A stretch of DNA of 64,000 bases, from contig JAKSPE010000005.1 of assembly GCA_024405015.1 (NCBI GenBank), forward strand, positions 36,149 through 100,148, given 5' to 3'. Made by a program: the position numbers and the translations under genes. Below the pieces are notes generated by a model. That model was not told where the DNA came from. It ran no database searches and was given only the letters and a program-made list of their open reading frames with translations. Origin of the DNA: Sphaerochaetaceae bacterium (lineage in GTDB: Bacteria; Spirochaetota; Spirochaetia; Sphaerochaetales; Sphaerochaetaceae). Positions within the stretch are counted from its first letter, which is position 1; every line of letters starts with the position of its first letter. Below, in pieces: positions 1 to 9,387 of this stretch.

Positions 1-2
1 AG

Positions 3-89
3 GTCCGATTTGAGACTATTCAGCGATACTATAGAGATGGTCGATATGAAAAACTTATGAATCGCATGAAAGAAATGAAATATATGTAA
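3..89 (+). CDS. 3' end of an unidentified CDS (partial, runs off the window start)
   Basis: Frame 3 is open from the window edge to TAA at 87-89 (VRFETIQRYYRDGRYEKLMNRMKEMKYM*). No family recognised. Confidence 0.3.
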   Translation, partial: VRFETIQRYYRDGRYEKLMNRMKEMKYM

Positions 90-220
90 ATAAAAAGGAC
101 GCGCCATTTGTTAAATGCAACGCGTCCAAATCGCAGAGCTACGAGCTCAATGATTAGTGGTTTTTTCATTATAGCGCGTAGCTCTTGCGATTTTCAATCT
201 ATATTCGCAGGAGAGCGTAT

Positions 221-919
221 ATGAAGTATCCTATCCGTTCAAATGTCACGTCAGGAATGTATCCGTCATATACGGATATGTTCAAAGCCTCAGAATTGAG
301 GGAGGCTCAGTTTTCAGTTCCCTATAACTTTCCACTGTTTGCAAGTGCGAATGTTGTTCCTAGGAAGCTGATACCGTTTGATAAGATCACCAAAACTAAG
401 GAGGAAGATTTTGATGCTTTTGTCCATTTCTATCTTCCTGATGTCTGTTTTGAACGATTTTGGAAAAATCCAACTAAGTATATTCCCATATTGAAAAAGT
501 TTGCGGGATGCATTCTTCCAGATTTCAGCCTATGTTATGATTTCCCATATCCTCTTCAGCTGTATAACTGTTATAAAAACAGAGTACTAGGCTATATCCT
601 TGCCAAAAATGAGATACCAGTGATTATGAATGTTTCATTTGCTGATTCTCGGACTTACGATTTCTGTTGTAATGGGATTCCCCATGGAAACATCATTGCG
701 ACTGGTAGCCTAGGAACAATAAAGAATCCTGAAAACCGCGAGTATTTTACTCGGGGATTGATATTCATTTTGGATAAATTGAAGCCGAGAGATTTGATTA
801 TTTATGGGTCAGTTACTGAAGAGATTCGTAATATATGCAGTTTGAAAGGTGTAGGGTTGCATGTGTTTTCTCCTACTTGGGATTCCTCATTTGTTACAAC
901 GGAGGCGATTTATGGGTAA
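221..919 (+). CDS. DUF4417-like protein (phage/accessory associated, function unknown)
   Basis: ATG at 221 follows an AGGAG at 209-213. The segment FVHFYLPDVCFERFWKNP...LPDFSLCYDFP...YKNR..G resembles my memory of the DUF4417 consensus. I trimmed the upstream extension of track ORF 185-919. Confidence 0.6.
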   Translation: MKYPIRSNVTSGMYPSYTDMFKASELREAQFSVPYNFPLFASANVVPRKLIPFDKITKTKEEDFDAFVHFYLPDVCFERFWKNPTKYIPILKKFAGCILPDFSLCYDFPYPLQLYNCYKNRVLGYILAKNEIPVIMNVSFADSRTYDFCCNGIPHGNIIATGSLGTIKNPENREYFTRGLIFILDKLKPRDLIIYGSVTEEIRNICSLKGVGLHVFSPTWDSSFVTTEAIYG

Positions 920-1331
920 AGGTAGCTATGGCTTTCCTGGTTTAAGAAACGTAAGTCGCACAGGTGTTCCAACGAACTACATCTCCAGTAACCTTAAGTC
1001 CATCGAAAGAAATTTTGGCTTGAATGCTTCTGGATACATTGCGAAAAAGTTCAAGAACACACCTAATAGGAGAACACACCTTTCCAGCGATCCTGTGGAT
1101 TCCGCAAAAAGACTTTTTCGGATACTCGGGCGTGGAGGGGTTCAGGTGCCCATCAGGAATAGAGATGGAATCATTAAGGGCTGGAAGCGTATTATGAAAG
1201 GCGGTGATGTTATCACCTATAGACCAAGAGAATCTTCAGATGGTAGTACTGTGGTTGATATAAACATCACAAGTAATCATTCTGGAGTAAAAAGCCAGAA
1301 GATTCATTTCTACAAAAAGGAGGCAAAATAA
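912..1331 (+). CDS. small basic hypothetical protein (toxin-like, 139 aa)
   Basis: GGAGG at 901-905 precedes ATG at 912, which overlaps the DUF4417 stop by 8 nt. The protein is rich in K/R, and its C-terminal VITYRPRESSDGSTVVDINI...KIHFY resembles C-terminal polymorphic-toxin modules. No family is identified. Confidence 0.5.
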   Translation: MGKGSYGFPGLRNVSRTGVPTNYISSNLKSIERNFGLNASGYIAKKFKNTPNRRTHLSSDPVDSAKRLFRILGRGGVQVPIRNRDGIIKGWKRIMKGGDVITYRPRESSDGSTVVDINITSNHSGVKSQKIHFYKKEAK

Positions 1332-1927
1332 TGGAAAGTATCGGATTGGATTTTGATTTTTTGGAAAAGTATGCAGAAAAGAAACTGATCTCCATTCAGT
1401 CTGCACCTCAGTGGCCGGCAATGGGAAACCATGTCAGTGATGAAGTTGCGTTGAACTTTGATGATGGTTCTCAATTAATCGTTTCCTCGTCTTTTGCAAA
1501 TGTGGACACATTCTTCGATGTCGATGAAGACGTTGTTTTTGGAATCCGAGAGGATTCGGGGTATGAACCATTTTGCAATATTGGAGAAATGAAAATGGAG
1601 TCAATTTTGGTAAATGAGGTTCCAGAATCGATTACTGTAGTCTTTGATGAGATTTCATACTGTGATAAATCGATTTCGGATAAATTGGTGGTTTTCCCTG
1701 TTGGATTGTTTATCAAAACCTCAACCAGAACAATAGGTATTTGTAGAGATATGCTGAACGCTGTTTGGCTTGATGCAAATTACTTCGATGCGAATTTCAA
1801 GTTAATGTATTCTCTTGATTCTCGTTGGGGTGATTTTGAGGATGTTGATTCGTTTATGGTAAGACGAATCGCAAAGGAATACTGTACAGGTACTGTTCTG
1901 CGTGTTGAGCAGAAGCAATTCTGCTAA
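1331..1927 (+). CDS. acidic hypothetical protein (immunity-like, 198 aa)
   Basis: Its ATG overlaps the upstream TAA (TAATG). The protein is D/E-rich, and a strong terminator follows. No family recognised. Confidence 0.55.
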   Translation: MESIGLDFDFLEKYAEKKLISIQSAPQWPAMGNHVSDEVALNFDDGSQLIVSSSFANVDTFFDVDEDVVFGIREDSGYEPFCNIGEMKMESILVNEVPESITVVFDEISYCDKSISDKLVVFPVGLFIKTSTRTIGICRDMLNAVWLDANYFDANFKLMYSLDSRWGDFEDVDSFMVRRIAKEYCTGTVLRVEQKQFC

Positions 1928-1944
1928 GTTTCTTGATCACTGAA

Positions 1945-1997
1945 GAAGGCTGCAACTTGAGGCTCTGTCTCTTATAGTTGCAGCCTTCTATTCTTTA
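1945..1997 (+). terminator. rho-independent terminator
   Basis: A 12-bp stem (GAAGGCTGCAAC ... GTTGCAGCCTTC) is followed by TATTCTTT. Confidence 0.6.
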
Positions 1998-2139
1998 GAT
2001 GAATGTCCTTTCAGGGTAGTTTTTTTGTTAATAATGAAAAAACAGTCCCCTGAAACGGCATTTAACGGTAGATACTTCGGTAAACTGCCAAACGAAAAAC
2101 CTGAGAATCAAAGAAGAGAAAGGCTCGATTTCCCGCCAT

Positions 2140-2970
2140 TCACAGGCAGATATGCTCTCCGATCTTCAGGGCCAGGGAATCGATGGAGTGACCCACCATG
2201 TGCGTTCTTGCGACAGGGATGTCGCTTCCCACAACATCGAGCACAAGTTTTTCTATGCAGTGTGGCCCTTCCTCCTTGTCCAGCTTTGTATACTGGCCGA
2301 CAATCAAGCCGGAAATCTTATCAAAGGTTCCCATGCTTTTGTGCTGGGCTAAAAGGGCACTGACGGAGTTGATGCTGTTGCCAAAGCCTTCGATGAAAAG
2401 CACCTTGCCTGTGAGATCTGGAAAGTATCTTGTTCCTGCAAGTTTCAGAAGACAGCGGATGTTTCCGCCAAGAAGGGTACCTTCCATGTGAGAACCCTGC
2501 AGGAAGGTCAGGTCCGAAGGGAGGTCAGAATTTTCCGTTTCTAGAAGAGCATTCATGTAGGAAAGCCTTTCGCTTCTGGCAAGCTGGGTTGCCTGCATGA
2601 GAAGACTGCTCTTGCCGGTCATGGCATAGATGGCATTGATGACACAAGTCAGGTCGCTGTAACCCCAGAATGTGGCATGTGAGGCGGCAATGGCAGAAAA
2701 ATCAAGATAGTCGATGCACTGGTTTGCCAGATCTCCTCCGCTGATGTCCATGACAGCTTTGACCTGTGGGTCTTGAAACATGGCGTTGGCAAAGGCTGCG
2801 CGCTCTTGTGCACTTGCGCTTTGAAGACCACGTTCCTGATAGAGCTTTGGGAAAACCACAGGCTCAAAGCCCAAAGTCTGTACCATAGAGATCGTCTTAT
2901 CAATCATGTCCTTTTCGTTTGGAAAACGGCCATCAGAAAGGCAACAGAGTGCGACTTTCGCTTTGCTCAT
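2140..2970 (-). CDS. LD-carboxypeptidase / peptidase S66 family (MccF/LdcA-like)
   Basis: 276-aa ORF. The N-terminal VALCCLSDG..., GYSDLT (nucleophile Ser region) and C-terminal VGHS are typical of the S66 family. An SD (AAGGAG) lies upstream. Confidence 0.8.
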   Translation of the reverse strand: MSKAKVALCCLSDGRFPNEKDMIDKTISMVQTLGFEPVVFPKLYQERGLQSASAQERAAFANAMFQDPQVKAVMDISGGDLANQCIDYLDFSAIAASHATFWGYSDLTCVINAIYAMTGKSSLLMQATQLARSERLSYMNALLETENSDLPSDLTFLQGSHMEGTLLGGNIRCLLKLAGTRYFPDLTGKVLFIEGFGNSINSVSALLAQHKSMGTFDKISGLIVGQYTKLDKEEGPHCIEKLVLDVVGSDIPVARTHMVGHSIDSLALKIGEHICL

Positions 2971-3128
2971 GCATAATGTCTCCTTATATAGACAAAGTAT
3001 AGCACAGATTGTGTTTTTGGTATTTCCTTGATTATGGCAACGATTCTTTTGGAATATCTCAAAAATGAAAACAGAACTTGCACGAAATGAAAAGTCTATG
3101 TAGAATTTAACTGGAGTGGAATGGGATT

Positions 3129-3533
3129 ATGCTTATATCAACAAAAGGACGTTATGCAATACGAATTCTCGTAGATATCGCTGAGAACTCAAAGGGTGGG
3201 GTCATTTCCCTTTCTGGTGTTTCCGAACGACAAGAAATCTCCTCCAAGTATATGGAAATCATTGCCCATATGCTGGTTGATGGAGGAATCCTCGTCGGTT
3301 TCCGAGGAAAGAACGGTGGCTACAAACTGGCCAAGGCTCCAGAAGAGATCAGCATTCTCGAAGTCCTGGAACTGACAGAGGGTACCGTTGCACCTGTGCA
3401 TTGTCTGGAAAAATGTGACAATGTATGCCCAAAGAAGGCAACCTGCCGCACTGTAGGCATGTGGACGGAGGTCGGAACACTGATTTCTGAGTATTTCGGT
3501 TCCAAGACCATTCGTGATCTGATGAAGGTTTGA
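3129..3533 (+). CDS. Rrf2 family transcriptional regulator
   Basis: MLISTKGRYAIRILVDIA... is the Rrf2 wHTH signature. C-terminal Cys residues (CLEKCDNVCPKKATC) suggest a cluster-binding subtype. Confidence 0.85.
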   Translation: MLISTKGRYAIRILVDIAENSKGGVISLSGVSERQEISSKYMEIIAHMLVDGGILVGFRGKNGGYKLAKAPEEISILEVLELTEGTVAPVHCLEKCDNVCPKKATCRTVGMWTEVGTLISEYFGSKTIRDLMKV

Positions 3534-3535
3534 GA

Positions 3536-4243
3536 TCAGATATACTGCTCTGAAATGGAGGCTGTGGTCTTCTTTGCCGGCTGTGGGATTCCGTGCTTGC
3601 AGCTTCTTCCGAATTTCCAAAGTTTTTCAAGTTCTCTCTGTGAAAGGTCGTTGCTTCTGTTCGGGAACAGCTGTCTGTTGATGGTGTAGGTCCTAAGAAC
3701 CAGTTCCAAAGTGGAGCATTTGCTGCTTGCGTCGCAAAGGTCCTTTCCGACAGAGACGACTCCATGGTTCTCCAAAAGCAGAGTGTCGTAGTCGACAAGT
3801 TCCTTTGACATTCCCTTGTAAATGGCATGTGTTCCAGGCTCACCGTAAGGAATCACAGGGACTTTTCGGTAGAAGATGGCGAACTCTGCGCTGTTTCTGA
3901 TGTCAACAGGCTCGCCTGACATAGCGAAAGCGGTACAGTAAGGGGAGTGGGTGTGTACGATAGCCGTCACATCCGGTCTCATCTTGTACATGGCAACATG
4001 CATGGCGGATTCGGAACTTGGCTTATGAGGTCCACCAATCCAGTTTCCCTCGAGGTCAAGCACTGCCATCTGCTCAGGCTGAAGCTCATCCTTTGCCATT
4101 GCGGACGGGGTGATGAGAATCACATCTCCGACCTTGCAGGAAAGGTTTCCTTCCTGCGCGCCGATGACTCCAGCCTTTGTGAGTTTCTTGCCGTATTTGA
4201 TGATTTCCTTTGCTGCTTCAATGAGTTTGCTGTTCTGATCCAT
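3536..4243 (-). CDS. class II aldolase/adducin family protein (FucA/AraD-like)
   Basis: Has GNLS..., the HTHSPY.TA metal-ligand motif and LLENHG. The start is set at the internal MDQNSK (cat at 4241-4243); the upstream extension to 4372 was rejected. Confidence 0.8.
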   Translation of the reverse strand: MDQNSKLIEAAKEIIKYGKKLTKAGVIGAQEGNLSCKVGDVILITPSAMAKDELQPEQMAVLDLEGNWIGGPHKPSSESAMHVAMYKMRPDVTAIVHTHSPYCTAFAMSGEPVDIRNSAEFAIFYRKVPVIPYGEPGTHAIYKGMSKELVDYDTLLLENHGVVSVGKDLCDASSKCSTLELVLRTYTINRQLFPNRSNDLSQRELEKLWKFGRSCKHGIPQPAKKTTASISEQYI

Positions 4244-4434
4244 GGTCCTAACTCTCTCTAAAGTATTTAGTGTCATCAGGACAAAATATATCAATATGTT
4301 GAAGCGGGGCAAATGAAAAAAAAGTCCACTTTTTTCGATCTTCTGTTTGTGCGGAAACAAAAATCGGGCCAAATCTATTTACTTTAGTGTGATAAAGTGG
4401 TAAATTGCAGCCATATTTTGGTAAGGAGCTTCCT

Positions 4435-4719
4435 ATGGACAAGATAGACGCAAAGGTTGCCGATCAGTTCTATTCGGCAATCCTATCCCTCAAGACAAAA
4501 GAGGAGTGCATGGCATTTTTCGATGACATCTGCACAATCAAGGAACTTCAGGACCTGAGCCAGAGACTGCAGGTTGCACTCATGCTCGACAAAGGAATGA
4601 ACTATCAGGAGATCTCCAGACAGACAAGCGTTTCAAGCGCAACAATCTCCAGAGTGAACCGATGTCTGAACTATGGTGACGGCGGATACCGCACCGTGCT
4701 AGATAGGATGGACAAGTGA
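4435..4719 (+). CDS. YerC/YecD (TrpR-related) family DNA-binding protein
   Basis: AAGGAG lies 7 nt upstream of ATG 4435. ...ELQDLSQRLQVALML..G..YQEI...T.VS.ATISRV.RCL.YG.GGY is the YerC/TrpR-like signature. Its stop overlaps the hisZ start. Confidence 0.8.
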   Translation: MDKIDAKVADQFYSAILSLKTKEECMAFFDDICTIKELQDLSQRLQVALMLDKGMNYQEISRQTSVSSATISRVNRCLNYGDGGYRTVLDRMDK

Positions 4720-5804
4720 TGGCACAGCGTAAGATTAGACTCAAGGGAGAGGAGAAGGTTGTCCAGGACCTTCGTGCCCTGTATCTCTCCTATGGATATT
4801 CCACCTATAAGATGAGCCGCTTCGAGGAATATGACCTGTATGCAGGTAACAAGGACTTTCTCGTTTCCGGCAACATCATCACCTTCACCGACACTGACGG
4901 AAGCCTTATGGCTTTAAAGCCGGACGTGACGCTTTCCATCGTCAAAAGCATCAAGAACAACGCATCCGGTGTTGCCCGTGTCTGCTACGATGAGAACGTC
5001 TATCGTGTATCTGACCGCTCAGGGACATTCCGCGAAATCATGCAGGCAGGTCTTGAGTGCATTGGTGACATCGGTCTTGTTGAACTTGGGGAAGTGGCAC
5101 TTCTTGCCCAGAAGAGTCTCAAGACCATTTCCGACAACAGCATTCTCACCATCTCCCACATGGGAATCGTCGAGGGCTTTGTGAATACGCTCTCCAGCGA
5201 AGAGGCCAAGACCAAGGCTCTGGAGTATCTTCAGGCAAGAAACCTCTCCGCCCTTGAGGCGATGCAAAAGGACTATCCATGTGATGCAGCTGTTCTGAAC
5301 AAGCTGGCATCTCTTGTGATGCTTGTGGGAACCAATGATGAGGTCTTTGCAAAACTCCAGGACCTTGGTGCCGATGAGGCCTCCATAAAAGAGCTTCGAA
5401 GCGTCGTATCCGTTTTGGATCCAAATGGCATGAGAATCGATTTCTCTGTTCTTGGTGAGATGAACTATTACAACGGTATCACATTGCGCGGTTACATCCA
5501 GGGTGTTCCAGGTTCTGTGATCTCCGGCGGCCAGTATGACAAGCTCATGGCAAGAATGGGCAAGAAGGCAAAGGCAATCGGCTTTGCCGTGTACATGGAC
5601 TCTCTGGAAAAGCTGCTTGAGACGGTCATTGAATATGATGTTGATACCGTTTTGGTCTATGACGATACCTGCTCCATGAAGGATGTTCTTGCGAAGGCCG
5701 ATCAGCTGCGAGAGAGCGGCAGTTCGGTTGCTGCTATGAAGAGCATTCCACAGAGTCTCAGATACCGGGAGACGGTCGTGATGGAAGGAGGTTGCAATGC
5801 TTAA
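4719..5804 (+). CDS. hisZ: ATP phosphoribosyltransferase regulatory subunit
   Basis: HisRS-paralogue-like sequence (YDENVYR, GLECIG) sitting immediately upstream of, and overlapping, a short-form hisG. Confidence 0.85.
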   Translation: MAQRKIRLKGEEKVVQDLRALYLSYGYSTYKMSRFEEYDLYAGNKDFLVSGNIITFTDTDGSLMALKPDVTLSIVKSIKNNASGVARVCYDENVYRVSDRSGTFREIMQAGLECIGDIGLVELGEVALLAQKSLKTISDNSILTISHMGIVEGFVNTLSSEEAKTKALEYLQARNLSALEAMQKDYPCDAAVLNKLASLVMLVGTNDEVFAKLQDLGADEASIKELRSVVSVLDPNGMRIDFSVLGEMNYYNGITLRGYIQGVPGSVISGGQYDKLMARMGKKAKAIGFAVYMDSLEKLLETVIEYDVDTVLVYDDTCSMKDVLAKADQLRESGSSVAAMKSIPQSLRYRETVVMEGGCNA

Positions 5805-6450
5805 TGTAGCACTTCCAAAAGGAAGACTTGGAGAAAAGGTCTATGCCATGTTCGCAAAGGCTGGCTTTGAATGCCCAGAGGCTTTAAGAGAATCCCGAAA
5901 GCTGATTTTTGAAAACAAAGAGGCTGGAGTCCGTTATTTCTGGGTCAAACCAAGTGACGTTTCCGTCTATGTCGAGCGTGGAGCTGCCGACATCGGCGTT
6001 GCCGGAAAGGACATCATCGATGAGTATGAGCCGGATGTGTATGAGATTTTGGATCTGAACACCGGAAAGTGCAGAATGGCTGTTGCTGCAAAGAAGGGCT
6101 TTCGGGACAATCCTGACACAACTCTTCGTGTCGCAACAAAATTTTCCAACATTGCCAAGTCATATTACTCCTCAATCGGACGCGATATTGATATTATACA
6201 CCTCAATGGTTCCATAGAGCTCGCACCAGTTCTCGGCATGTCCGATGTCATTGTGGATATCGTCGAGACGGGAACTACGCTCAAGGAGAATGGGCTTGAG
6301 GTCATTGAGAGCATCATGCCGATATCGGCAAGGGTCATCGTGAACAAGGCATCGTTTGAGTTCAAGAAGGGTGACATCATGAAGGTCCTCGGAAGTCTCA
6401 AGACCCAGGTCGAGGAGAAGCTTGCAAAAGAGATGGGAGAGCAGAAATGA
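5797..6450 (+). CDS. hisG: ATP phosphoribosyltransferase, short form
   Basis: MLNVALPKGRL...WVKP.DV..YVE.G.ADIG..GKD... 217 aa, with no C-terminal regulatory domain. Confidence 0.9.
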   Translation: MLNVALPKGRLGEKVYAMFAKAGFECPEALRESRKLIFENKEAGVRYFWVKPSDVSVYVERGAADIGVAGKDIIDEYEPDVYEILDLNTGKCRMAVAAKKGFRDNPDTTLRVATKFSNIAKSYYSSIGRDIDIIHLNGSIELAPVLGMSDVIVDIVETGTTLKENGLEVIESIMPISARVIVNKASFEFKKGDIMKVLGSLKTQVEEKLAKEMGEQK

Positions 6451-7739
6451 TCAGGATTATGAAATATGGGGTGGTCTCCGACAATGAGATATTCGCAAGA
6501 TCCACATCCTCAAGGGATGTCTCAGACGTTGTGTCTGCCATTCTCAAGGATGTGAAGGATCGCGGAGACGAAGCTCTTCGAGAGTACACGCTCAAGTTTG
6601 ATGGTGCTGCCATCGATGCCATTGAGGTCTCTAGGGAGGAACTTAAGGCTGCAGCCGATTCCATGGACCCGGAGTTTCTTCGTGTGCTTAACCGCGCCTC
6701 TGAGAACATTCGCAAGTTCCACAGCCACCAGGTGAGAAACAGCTTTGTCATCACCGAGGAAAACGGTGTTGTCATGGGACAGAAAGTTGTGCCTGTTGAA
6801 GTTGCCGGCATTTACGTTCCAGGCGGAACCGCAGCACTTTCCTCCACTGTTCTCATGGATACCATCCCAGCCAAGATTGCAGGTTGCAAGCAGGTTGTCA
6901 TGGTCTCTCCTCCAGGCAAGGATGGAAAGATCAATGCTGCTGTATTGGCTGCTGCCTATGTCGCTGGTGTTGACCGCGTGTTCCGCGTCGGCGGAGCCCA
7001 GGCCATTGCCGCCTTGGCCTATGGTACCCAGTCCATTCCAAAGGCTGACAAGATCGTCGGACCTGGTAACATCTTCGTTGCTGAGGCCAAGAAGGAAGTC
7101 AGCGGTTTTGTCGGAATCGACATGATTGCAGGACCAAGCGAGATTCTCATCATTGCAGACGGCGCCTCCAATCCAAGGGTTCTTGCCGCAGACATGCTCA
7201 GCCAGGCCGAGCACGACAGAAACGCATCAGCGGTTCTTGTCACAGACAGTGCGGAACTTGCACAGAAGGTCAGCGATGAGCTGGAAAAGCAGCTTGCCGT
7301 GCTTCCACGACAGGATATTGCAAGAGCCTCCATCGATGTGAACGGCAAGATCATCATCGTTGACGATCTGGAGACTGCCATCGCGGTCAGCGACAGAATC
7401 GCTCCGGAGCACCTGGAAGTCTGTGTAGACAGTCCGTTTGACTATCTGGATCGCATCCATAACGCAGGTTCTGTGTTCCTTGGTCGCAACTGTCCAGAGG
7501 CACTGGGAGACTACCTGGCAGGTCCGAACCACACATTGCCAACCAGTGGTACCGCACGTTTCAGCTCCCCGGTTTCCGTCGATGATTTTGTGAAGAAGTA
7601 CCAGTTCACCTATTACACAGAAAAGGCACTTGGCAACGTTGCTGACGACATTGCCCTGTTTGCCAGAATGGAAGGCCTTGAAGCACATGCCAGAAGCGCT
7701 CTGGTTCGTGGACAGGTCGCAAAGGAGAGCAAAGCATGA
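6447..7739 (+). CDS. hisD: histidinol dehydrogenase
   Basis: Has PGG.A...S.VLM...PA..AG, IAGPSE and SQAEHD motifs. 430 aa. Confidence 0.95.
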   Translation: MIRIMKYGVVSDNEIFARSTSSRDVSDVVSAILKDVKDRGDEALREYTLKFDGAAIDAIEVSREELKAAADSMDPEFLRVLNRASENIRKFHSHQVRNSFVITEENGVVMGQKVVPVEVAGIYVPGGTAALSSTVLMDTIPAKIAGCKQVVMVSPPGKDGKINAAVLAAAYVAGVDRVFRVGGAQAIAALAYGTQSIPKADKIVGPGNIFVAEAKKEVSGFVGIDMIAGPSEILIIADGASNPRVLAADMLSQAEHDRNASAVLVTDSAELAQKVSDELEKQLAVLPRQDIARASIDVNGKIIIVDDLETAIAVSDRIAPEHLEVCVDSPFDYLDRIHNAGSVFLGRNCPEALGDYLAGPNHTLPTSGTARFSSPVSVDDFVKKYQFTYYTEKALGNVADDIALFARMEGLEAHARSALVRGQVAKESKA

Positions 7740-8803
7740 GCCGATTCTTCTCTTCCAAATATGCAGCACTTGAGCCGTACACACCAGGTGAGCAGCCGAT
7801 GGATATGGACCGCTATGTGAAACTGAATACCAACGAGTCCCCATTTCCACCATCCCAAAAGGCTTTGGACTATGCTGCAAACAACACCAGAACCCTGAAC
7901 CTTTACAGTGACCCGAATTCCTATGATCTGACCTGCGCTATTGCCAAGACCTACGGCGTGGACAAGGATATGGTTCTTGCCACAAACGGCTCGGATGAGA
8001 TTCTGAACTTCGCCTTCATGGCCTTCACGGACCAGAAAACACCGGCACTGTTTGCCGACATCACATACGGCTTTTACCCAGTCTATGCACAGCTGAACAA
8101 TTCGGCTGTAGAGATTGTGCCGCTTCGTGAGGACTTCTCCCTGAATGTCGATGACTACATCGGAAAGAAGGGAACTGTGTTCATCGCAAACCCGAATGCT
8201 CCGACAGGAACCGCCATCCCGGTTTCCGAGATTGAGCGTCTGGTTGCCAGTGACCCAAACAGGGTCGTTGTGGTGGATGAGGCCTATGTGGATTTCGGCG
8301 GTGAGAGCAGCGTATCTTTGGTCAAGAAGTATGAGAACGTTCTGGTGTGCCAGACCTTCTCAAAGAGCAGAAGCTTCGCAGGTGGACGATTGGGTTATGG
8401 TATCGGAAGCAAGACACTGATCTCCGATCTCAATACCGTCAAGTATTCCACCAATCCATATAACATCAACTCTATGACAAGCGCCATGGGAATCGGAATC
8501 CTGTCAGATCCTGACTACACAAAGGCCAACTGCAAGACCATCATGGAAAACAGAGCCTTCACCGTTGCAGGACTAAAGAAAATGGGATTCAAGGTGCTTC
8601 CTTCCAGTGCCAACTTCATCTTCGTCTCAAGCGACAGGATTGAAGGCGGCGCCTATTACCGAAGCCTCAAGGAGAAGGGTGTTCTTGTCCGCCATTTTGA
8701 CAAGGCCCGCATCTCCAACTGGTGCAGAGTATCCATCGGTACACGAGAGAGCATGCAGAAATATTTGGATGTGACAGAGCAGATTCTGAAGGAGAGAACA
8801 TGA
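7736..8803 (+). CDS. hisC: histidinol-phosphate aminotransferase
   Basis: Has LN.NESP...NGSDE and the TFSKS..(A)G.R.GY PLP-lysine motif. Confidence 0.9.
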   Translation: MSRFFSSKYAALEPYTPGEQPMDMDRYVKLNTNESPFPPSQKALDYAANNTRTLNLYSDPNSYDLTCAIAKTYGVDKDMVLATNGSDEILNFAFMAFTDQKTPALFADITYGFYPVYAQLNNSAVEIVPLREDFSLNVDDYIGKKGTVFIANPNAPTGTAIPVSEIERLVASDPNRVVVVDEAYVDFGGESSVSLVKKYENVLVCQTFSKSRSFAGGRLGYGIGSKTLISDLNTVKYSTNPYNINSMTSAMGIGILSDPDYTKANCKTIMENRAFTVAGLKKMGFKVLPSSANFIFVSSDRIEGGAYYRSLKEKGVLVRHFDKARISNWCRVSIGTRESMQKYLDVTEQILKERT

Positions 8804-9387
8804 GACGATCAGAGATTGTAAGAAAGACAGGCGAGACAGACATCAGACTTACCCTGGACCTCGACGGACAGGGAACAAGTGAAATCGCAACAGGAGTCGG
8901 TTTTCTGGACCACATGCTCACACTGTTTGCCCGCCACGGCAGATTCAACCTCTGCGTCAGCTGCAAGGGCGACACCTATGTCGATGACCACCACAGCACC
9001 GAGGACATTGCCATAGCCCTTGGTCAGGCCTTCAAGGAGGCTCTGGGCGACAAGCGTGGCATCAAGCGCTATGGAGACATCACACTTCCGATGGACGAGG
9101 CTCTGATTCTTGCTGCTGTGGATGTCTCTGGTCGCGGTATGCTTTGCTACAACGCAAATTTCCTGACCGAGAAGGTTGGAACCTTTGACATGGAGCTTGT
9201 TGAGGATTTCTTCATTTCTCTTGCCACCAATGCAGGTATGACACTTCACATCAAGCAGCTTGACGGAAGAAACTCCCACCACATCGCCGAGGGTATGTTC
9301 AAGGCCGTAGCCCGTGCGCTCAGAACTGCAGTCTCCATCGATGAATGCGCAAAGGATGAGATTCCATCCACAAAGGGAGTTCTCTGA
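8800..9387 (+). CDS. hisB: imidazoleglycerol-phosphate dehydratase
   Basis: R.TGETDI...GFLDHML..F..H, DDHHS.ED and NSHH..E motifs. The ATGA overlap with the hisC stop sets the start at 8800. Confidence 0.95.
   Translation: MRRSEIVRKTGETDIRLTLDLDGQGTSEIATGVGFLDHMLTLFARHGRFNLCVSCKGDTYVDDHHSTEDIAIALGQAFKEALGDKRGIKRYGDITLPMDEALILAAVDVSGRGMLCYNANFLTEKVGTFDMELVEDFFISLATNAGMTLHIKQLDGRNSHHIAEGMFKAVARALRTAVSIDECAKDEIPSTKGVL

Noticed and set aside
96-130. Hairpin GGACGCG...CGCGTCC after the partial first CDS, considered as a plus-strand terminator
   Set aside because: The T run lies on the wrong side for the plus strand (the hairpin is followed by AAATCG). It is kept only as an unexplained hairpin.
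2025-2363. 112-aa plus-strand ORF overlapping the LD-carboxypeptidase 3' end
   Set aside because: It starts inside the terminator/T-rich spacer and is antisense to a well-supported gene. Its composition is Arg/Pro-rich and non-protein-like.
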